A stretch of DNA of 38,283 bases. Source: Octopus sinensis. Taxonomy: Eukaryota. This document shows, piece after piece, positions 33,801 through 38,283 of the stretch; position 1 is the first letter of the stretch; each line of letters opens with the position of its first letter. The notes under the pieces are model-generated. The model ran no database searches. It saw nothing but the letters and a program-made list of their open reading frames with translations, and had not been told where the DNA came from. The position numbers were made by a program, and so were the translations under genes. The DNA lies in contig NW_021835808.1 of NCBI RefSeq assembly GCF_006345805.1, forward strand, positions 1 to 38,283, written 5' to 3'.

Positions 33801-36800
33801 ACGTGGCCGATGCCAGCGCCACCTCGACTGGCTTCTGTGCCGGTGGCACGTTAAAAGCACCAACCGATCGTGGCCAATGCCAGACTCCCCTGGCACGTAA
33901 GAAGCACCCACTACACTCACGGAGTTGTTGGCGTTAGGAAGGGCATCCAGCTGTAGAAACACTGCCAGAACAGACTGGAGCCTGGTGCAGCCTCCTGGCT
34001 TCCCAGACCCCAGTCGAACTGTCCAACCCATGCTAGCATGGAAAGCGGACACTAAATGATGATGATGATGATGATGTTATACAGCTGACTAACACACTTG
34101 AAGAAGGTGCTCCAGCATGGTCACCAGCATAAAAGGGGAAACGGAAAAGAAAAGAAAAGGAACAAAATGGAAACTCACTTTGTAAGGATATCAGTGAACA
34201 GAGGTAGATATGGTTTCAGGTCGTCAGGTAGATGTGAGGTGTCGGCTAGGAGGTTCAGGTAGGTGATCTCGTTAGTTGGTTGCGCACAGCAGTAAATAGG
34301 GACACCACTGGCTGTTTAATGAAGAAATTAGCATTAAGTCAATTTAGGGACACAAATAAGAAACAATGAAACAAGATATGAGGGGCCGCTGAAAAATTTC
34401 TGGTTTTAAAGGTATCGAGAAAAGGGCCTGGTTGGAGGCCCCACCTTCTGAGTTCTTTTACAGGGTTTAGAAAAACTGAATGACTGCTCCAATAAGTGTG
34501 TGAATCTGAGAGGGGAATATCTCTTATATAAAATCCATTCTGTCTGTCTCTGTGTGTCTTCTAGGATCTCAGGCATCCTCCATCCGATTGCGCACAAATT
34601 TGATATGTAAATACCGACGGTATCAGGGCGTGTATAAGTCTTGAAAAAATTACAAAAATTGATTCCAGGTGAGAATGCGATCGATAAAGCCATTTTTGTC
34701 CTGCTTTTCTTCCGTCAACCTGTACATAACTGCACCTTCCATTTTTTGTTGTTTTTGTACTGCTTAAAGGCACGTTTCTCTCCTGCCAAGCTTACTATTT
34801 AAACCATGTTTGTGTTCCCCCAGTCAACAGCCTTATCATTACTGGTACTTTAAACTCTTCGGTTGCATATTTGTGTGAATAAAATCGTTTTTCTTTGGAA
34901 TAGAAAAGAAGTCTATCTTTATTTCTTCTTTTGCTGGTGTCTCAAATTTAGGTTAAATCAGTGTTTCTCAAAGGGGAGGCCTATGGGACGGTCGGACATG
35001 TTGTTTTGGGAAAATTTGGTTTAAATGTTTGACAACTCAGCACTGTCCATTGGACGGGGGGGGGGGTCTGCTCGTGTTGAATAAAATCATAATTAACTGG
35101 TCCTCTTGTATTTTCTTTTACCCAAAACCAGGAACTATTTAACAACCACTCATAAAATGAGAGAAGGGGTTACGACTTTGAAGGAGATTACAGTTCTGTA
35201 CTTCTATGAAATCAATAAATATCTCTTCTGAAAAAGTCTCAAACATTTTGGAATGCATCTTGCGTATAACCCTAATCAAGAATATGGTACCCTGGTACTT
35301 ACATGCATGGTGAATTGTTGTTGGTACCCTGACTATGTCACGCTCGATATCTGCGACATGAATTGTTGGAAGACAAGAGAGATCCTCAGTACACATCTGT
35401 TTCTCCAGCAACTCCAGACCTAAGGAATCGGTAACAAACAAAAAAACAATGTAAAGTAAAAGCAATTTAATCCTTTAGTATTCAAACAGGTCAAATATTC
35501 CTCCTCCTCCTCCTGAAAGAACCCCTTATTTATAGGGTCCCTGTATGACACCTACCCCTTTTATGTAGCTGCATCTTGTCTTCCTCGCTCAATGTCGATC
35601 TAATCGCAGAGAGACGTGTGTTCTCCTCTTCCTGAAGTTTCTTGTCGTAATCCTCATCAGGTCGCATCACCAAAGTCAGCTTGTGTGGATTGTCCTAACG
35701 GAACATGGATAGAAACGGTAAATCATCACTCTCATCAACATTATCAGTATTATCAACATAATCAACATTATCAGTATTATCAGCATTATCAATGTTATCA
35801 TCATTATCAGTATTATCAACATTATCAGTATTTTCAGCATTATCAACATTATCGTTCAACATTTACTTCCAGCAGGACAAGTGAGACCATAACCCGTGGC
35901 CTTTACCAGGGATGTAGCCAGCCCACTTATGCATACCTTTCCTTCAAACTCTGTTTGCGAAGACCTGTTGGGGCAAGTGAAATCGAAATTGAACCAAATT
36001 CGATGACTGGCACCCGTACCAGTGGAGTGCTAACAGCTCTATCCAAGTGGGATCACTGCCAGAGCAGCTGTCTGGCTTCCATGATGGTGGCACGTAAAAA
36101 GCACCATTTGAGCGTGATCGTTACCAGTGCTGCCTTACTGGCATGTGTAAAAACATTTGAGCGAGGTTGTTGCCAGTGCCGCTGGACCAATTCCTGTGCA
36201 GGTGGCACATAAAAAGCACCATTTCAAGCGTGGCTGTTGCCAGTACCACCTGACTGGCCCTCATGCCAATGGCACGAAAAAGCACCCACTACACTCTCGG
36301 AGTGGCTGGTGTTAGGAAGGGCATCAAGCTGTAGAAACTCTACCAGATCAGATTGGAGCCTGGCTTATAAACACCTTCAACACTGCAATTGTTTTCGTTC
36401 CAGCACACAATCTCAGATCAGGTCACTTGCTATGCAAGTACATCTCCATAATTTATAATTATTCTTTTAGCCCTCAGTCAAATCGTCCAACCCATGCCAG
36501 CATGGAAAGCGGACGTTAAACGATGATGCTGATGGTTTTCCAAGTTTATTGATACAGATTTTCTACAGCTGGATGCCTTTCCTGTCACCAACCCTCATCT
36601 CCTTCCAAGCAATGTAATATTTCCATTGGTCAAGCAAGTTTTTCCATGGAAGACAGGAAAGGAACAACCATCAGACTAATGAATTAATGAGATTAATAAC
36701 ATATAGTGACATGTGTGTAACAAACTGAGGTTAATGACAGACTAAGGACATATTATAAGGGTTGAGAGCTCAAACCGCACCCTAAGTTACCAAATCAAAA

Positions 36801-36953
36801 CCCCCTAAAGGGACTTACTTTGAAATACTGTTTGACTTTGTCCTGCAAATATTTGGGGTTGGCTTTCAGTTCTTTGGTGAATTCCTGCAGTCTGTTATTG
36901 ATGCTGATGCCATCGACAGGGTTACCATCATGATTCCACAGACAAGAAACACC
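16070..36953 (-). CDS. PITRM1: Presequence protease PreP (pitrilysin metallopeptidase 1), 3' portion, 15 coding exons; 5' exons outside window
   Basis: Manually spliced 15 exons with GT-AG ends and compatible phases (1686 nt). The translation follows human PITRM1 as recalled, in order: [85 protein letters not shown]. Confidence 0.97.
16241..16625 (+). mobile_element. SINE family B
   Basis: Consensus match with CpG decay. Confidence 0.8.
16913..17105 (+). mobile_element. SINE family C 5' part
   Basis: gggcgcaatggcccagtggttagggcagcggactc head. Confidence 0.8.
17342..17475 (-). CDS. PITRM1: PITRM1 exon 14 in window, 134 nt
   Basis: cag|[44 protein letters not shown]|gtgagt. Confidence 0.95.
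17612..18050 (+). mobile_element. Family D retroposon
   Basis: Subrepeats plus aggaagggcatccagctgtagaaa plus (gat)n tail. Confidence 0.75.
18306..18420 (-). CDS. PITRM1: PITRM1 exon 13 in window, 115 nt
   Basis: cag|[38 protein letters not shown]|gtcagt. Confidence 0.95.
18480..18830 (+). repeat. (GGA)n/(GGT)n tract
   Basis: Directly visible. Confidence 0.9.
18850..19105 (+). mobile_element. SINE family C-related, decayed
   Basis: gctgaatctccctgagaactac...cagccacttgcatgttaatttcacgagc. Confidence 0.65.
19130..19450 (+). repeat. (GAT)n-rich microsatellite
   Basis: Directly visible. Confidence 0.9.
19469..19537 (-). CDS. PITRM1: PITRM1 exon 12 in window, 69 nt
   Basis: tag|[22 protein letters not shown]|gtgagt. 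Confidence 0.95.
19580..20250 (+). mobile_element. Family D retroposon with 62-63-bp internal tandem subrepeats
   Basis: gtggcac anchors at 19951, 20013 and 20076. Confidence 0.75.
20340..21026 (-). mobile_element. SINE family C-related copy (20340-20560) and family B copy (20600-21026)
   Basis: Consensus matches. Confidence 0.75.
21154..21207 (-). CDS. PITRM1: PITRM1 exon 11 in window, 54 nt
   Basis: tag|[17 protein letters not shown]|gtttgt. Confidence 0.93.
21361..22327 (+). repeat. 18-bp minisatellite GAGC(A/T)GAGAAAAG(G/A)ATTT, ~54 units
   Basis: Directly visible; degenerate left flank, homogeneous centre. Confidence 0.95.
22440..22770 (+). repeat. GA-rich purine tract
   Basis: Directly visible. 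Confidence 0.8.
22834..22946 (-). CDS. PITRM1: PITRM1 exon 10 in window, 113 nt
   Basis: cag|[37 protein letters not shown]|gtaggc. Confidence 0.95.
23169..24446 (-). mobile_element. Full-length mariner (DD34D-type) DNA transposon, 1278 bp
   Basis: TIRs cgaggggcgttcaataagtaatg / cattacttattgaacatccctcg; TA TSDs at 23167-68 and 24447-48. Confidence 0.95.
23242..24279 (-). pseudogene. Mariner transposase, frameshifted
   Basis: [10 protein letters not shown]...; [15 protein letters not shown] and [13 protein letters not shown] motifs split over at least three frames, with an internal stop. Confidence 0.92.
24551..24743. mobile_element. Foldback MITE, ~83-bp inverted arms, TA-flanked
   Basis: 24551-24633 is a near-perfect reverse complement of 24662-24743. 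Confidence 0.85.
25226..25334 (-). CDS. PITRM1: PITRM1 exon 9 in window, 109 nt
   Basis: cag|[36 protein letters not shown]|gtaagt. Confidence 0.93.
25440..26060 (+). repeat. ~213-bp unit in triplicate
   Basis: atatcgttataac anchor at 25601, 25815 and 26028. Confidence 0.9.
26597..27318 (-). mobile_element. 3' fragment of an RNase-H-bearing non-LTR retrotransposon (I/R1-like), split by a SINE
   Basis: [11 protein letters not shown](I)[20 protein letters not shown] and, after rejoining, [19 protein letters not shown] (CCHC-like knuckle, His replaced by Arg). Confidence 0.8.
26781..26954 (-). mobile_element. SINE family A body inserted into the LINE knuckle codons
   Basis: tatttctttactacccacaagggg...gaatttgaactcag. 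Confidence 0.8.
27526..27626 (-). CDS. PITRM1: PITRM1 exon 8 in window, 101 nt
   Basis: cag|[33 protein letters not shown]|gtaatt. Confidence 0.94.
28190..28550 (+). mobile_element. Family D retroposon, partial
   Basis: Subrepeats and aggaagggcatccagctgtagaaac motif. Confidence 0.7.
28618..28925 (+). mobile_element. SINE family C-related
   Basis: aggcgtaatggcccagtgattagggcagcggactc head. Confidence 0.75.
29546..30060 (+). mobile_element. 3' end of an RLE-type (R2/R4/NeSL/Hero-like) LINE with 3' UTR and (AAT)n tail
   Basis: [36 protein letters not shown]...IPVVIGALG, typical of the restriction-like endonuclease C-terminus. Confidence 0.8.
30350..30515 (-). CDS. PITRM1: PITRM1 exon 7 in window, 166 nt
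   Basis: tag|[15 protein letters not shown]...[17 protein letters not shown]...FSGVTQ|gtaagt. Confidence 0.95.
30592..31070. mobile_element. Two family D copies in inverted orientation
   Basis: Arms 30592-30779 and 30887-31070 are imperfect reverse complements. Confidence 0.85.
31263..31339 (-). CDS. PITRM1: PITRM1 exon 6 in window, 77 nt
   Basis: tag|[25 protein letters not shown]|gtaagt. Confidence 0.93.
31400..31660 (+). mobile_element. Decayed SINE family B
   Basis: Degenerate consensus match. Confidence 0.6.
31790..32260 (+). mobile_element. Family D retroposon
   Basis: Subrepeats, motif and (gat)n tail. Confidence 0.75.
32373..32493 (-). CDS. PITRM1: PITRM1 exon 5 in window, 121 nt
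   Basis: tag|[25 protein letters not shown]...SYEQ|gtgagt. Confidence 0.95.
32540..33540. mobile_element. Cluster of SINE families B and A (family A tandem at ~32855-33270, + strand)
   Basis: Consensus matches. Confidence 0.7.
33600..34075 (+). mobile_element. Family D retroposon with subrepeats
   Basis: Repeated ggcacgtaaaaagcacca; (gat)n tail. Confidence 0.75.
34179..34311 (-). CDS. PITRM1: PITRM1 exon 4 in window, 133 nt
   Basis: cag|[19 protein letters not shown]...[12 protein letters not shown]|gtgagt. Confidence 0.95.
34520..34700 (+). mobile_element. Possible Helitron-like 5' fragment
   Basis: A|TCTCTTATATAAAA start followed by ctgt/gtgt repeats; no 3' hairpin-CTAG found. Confidence 0.35.
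35303..35419 (-). CDS. PITRM1: PITRM1 exon 3 in window, 117 nt
   Basis: tag|(G)[38 protein letters not shown]|gtaagt. Confidence 0.95.
35556..35694 (-). CDS. PITRM1: PITRM1 exon 2 in window, 139 nt
   Basis: tag|[19 protein letters not shown]...MQLHKR G|gtaggt. Confidence 0.95.
35720..35855 (+). repeat. 9-bp tandem repeat (yattatcar)
   Basis: Directly visible; source of the HYQ-repeat pseudo-ORF. Confidence 0.85.
35860..36530 (+). mobile_element. Family D retroposon, interrupted
   Basis: Subrepeats and motif; tail resumes at ~36470. Confidence 0.65.
36819..36953 (-). CDS. PITRM1: PITRM1 exon (1st in window), 135 nt
   Basis: cag|[15 protein letters not shown]...[12 protein letters not shown]|gtaagt, phase 0/0. 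Confidence 0.95.
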
Positions 36954-37079
36954 CTGGCAAAAAAACAAAAGACAAACATGAAAATACAAGGAAGTGAAGT
37001 GGAGAAGATACGAGGAACATTCTGGAAGTTTTGAGACGTTTTTAAGAGAGACGGTTCTAACCGTCATAGATTATTCTAA

Positions 37080-37400
37080 TCTATATCTATAAAACAGTCC
37101 TTGGACGAAAATTGTATGGACATTTTGCTTTGACGGTGAATGGTGGCCAAACCAAGGCTAGGATCAAGCTGAAAATTGGCAGGGATGCTAAATGAGTGGT
37201 GAGGATGAGACCTGTGACAGTTAAAATTCGCAAGCTATAAAGAAGTGGTTGCTATGGCAAAAAGAGTGATTTTTTATCGATTCAAGGGGGCCCAGAACCC
37301 CTCTAAGGTTTGTGCGATTGGCTTTTAATGCCCAGCGGCATGCACTGCAGGCTGTTGTGCTTAATAAACATACATTATATCACGAAATTCCGGCTACTAG
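37080..37400 (+). mobile_element. Possible Helitron-like fragment
   Basis: A|TCTATATCTATAAAA start; 3' end uncertain. Confidence 0.25.
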
Positions 37401-37756
37401 GAAAAGATTTTTCATTGTGAGAAACGAGTGCTTTTTGCCTTCATTTTCTTTGTAATCTGTTTATAAAAGTGAAAGGATTTCGTCAATTTATTTCTGCTGT
37501 CCACTTATGACAGTGATTCAGTTGACAAGGAAAACTATACGTGATGAATATCCAATACCAAACTATCTTAATCTACATATTGAAACTGAATTAAACTTTG
37601 GCAAGCTTACCTTTACCTATTCTGAGTTACTTGAAATTTGCCTTTTGAAGTTAAATGATATCACAAACATATTTTAATTAGCCTAAAGTTTATTTATTCT
37701 TTTAGGAGAGACAGTTACAACTGCCCTAGAATATTGTAATTTTAATATACAGTAAT

Positions 37757-37935
37757 ATAGGTGTAGGAGTGGCTGTGTGGTAAGTAGCTTGCTTACCAAC
37801 CAGATGGTTCCAGGTTCAGTCCCACTGCATGGAACCTTGGGCAAGTGTCTTCTACTATAGCCTCGGGCCGACCAGAGCCTTGTGAGTGGATTTGGTAGAC
37901 GGAAACTGAAAGAAACCCGTCATATATATGTATAT
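37757..37935 (+). mobile_element. SINE family B 5' half
   Basis: ggtgtaggagtggctgtgtggtaag head. Confidence 0.8.
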
Positions 37936-38283
37936 CACAGTGACCGACCAGGCTATCAGATGTTGCTACATATCGCTGGTCACAATGCGCTTCACATTGT
38001 TTTAGCCTTCAAATGACACCACCCCGCTGGCTAAGCAAGCAGGCCAATATGTGTATATATATATATATTGTTATATTTCGGCCAGAGTTCTTTCGTCACA
38101 CTCCTGTGACCGCATCAGTAGTCCTTCGTTTTCTTTTTCTTATTTGTGTCTCTCATTACACCGTCAGCCATTTTGTATATATATATAATAGGATATATAA
38201 TATATGTGATATTTATATATATATATATAATATATGTATGTGTGTATATGTTGTATGTTTGTGTTTGTCCCCCCACATCGCTT

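Noticed and set aside
33940-33965. catccagctg..gaaac in family D resembling a hammerhead ribozyme core
   Set aside because: Lacks CUGANGA and stem II; the resemblance appears coincidental
35616-36212. 198-aa plus-strand ORF
   Set aside because: Antisense to a PITRM1 exon plus a 9-bp repeat and family D sequence
37430-37720. Possible further upstream PITRM1 exon
   Set aside because: No frame gave the expected ...HQ..FGL... peptide with valid splice sites; the exon probably lies beyond the window

Overview
Eukaryotic, AT-rich, repeat-dense animal DNA. From recall only (no search run), the SINE and microsatellite landscape resembles Octopus/cephalopod genomes. The right half holds the last 15 coding exons of mitochondrial presequence protease PITRM1/PreP (M16C) on the minus strand (36953 to stop at 16070; 1686 nt, 561 aa + stop). 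All introns are GT-AG and phases are consistent; the 5' part lies beyond the window. The left half holds the best novelty candidate: two CDS-intronless, divergently oriented ORFs (5781-6197 minus, 138 aa; 10184-11212 plus, 342 aa) that I cannot assign to a family. They are recognisably paralogous two-TM proteins sharing TALRxxxILxxxxC ... SC-x10-D-x6-WL-x-V-x3-L-x2-(K/R)F. Both have AATAAA just after the stop, and they flank a GC-box/CRE core where the purine/pyrimidine skew flips. The rest is mobile and repetitive DNA: non-autonomous Helitrons (one as a tandem array), hAT-like and Merlin-like MITEs with TSDs, a full-length dead mariner, a foldback MITE, RTE, RNase-H-type and RLE-type LINE fragments, four SINE-like families, an 18-bp minisatellite and large microsatellites. 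Most long ORFs in the supplied track are microsatellite artefacts. SINE coordinates are approximate.
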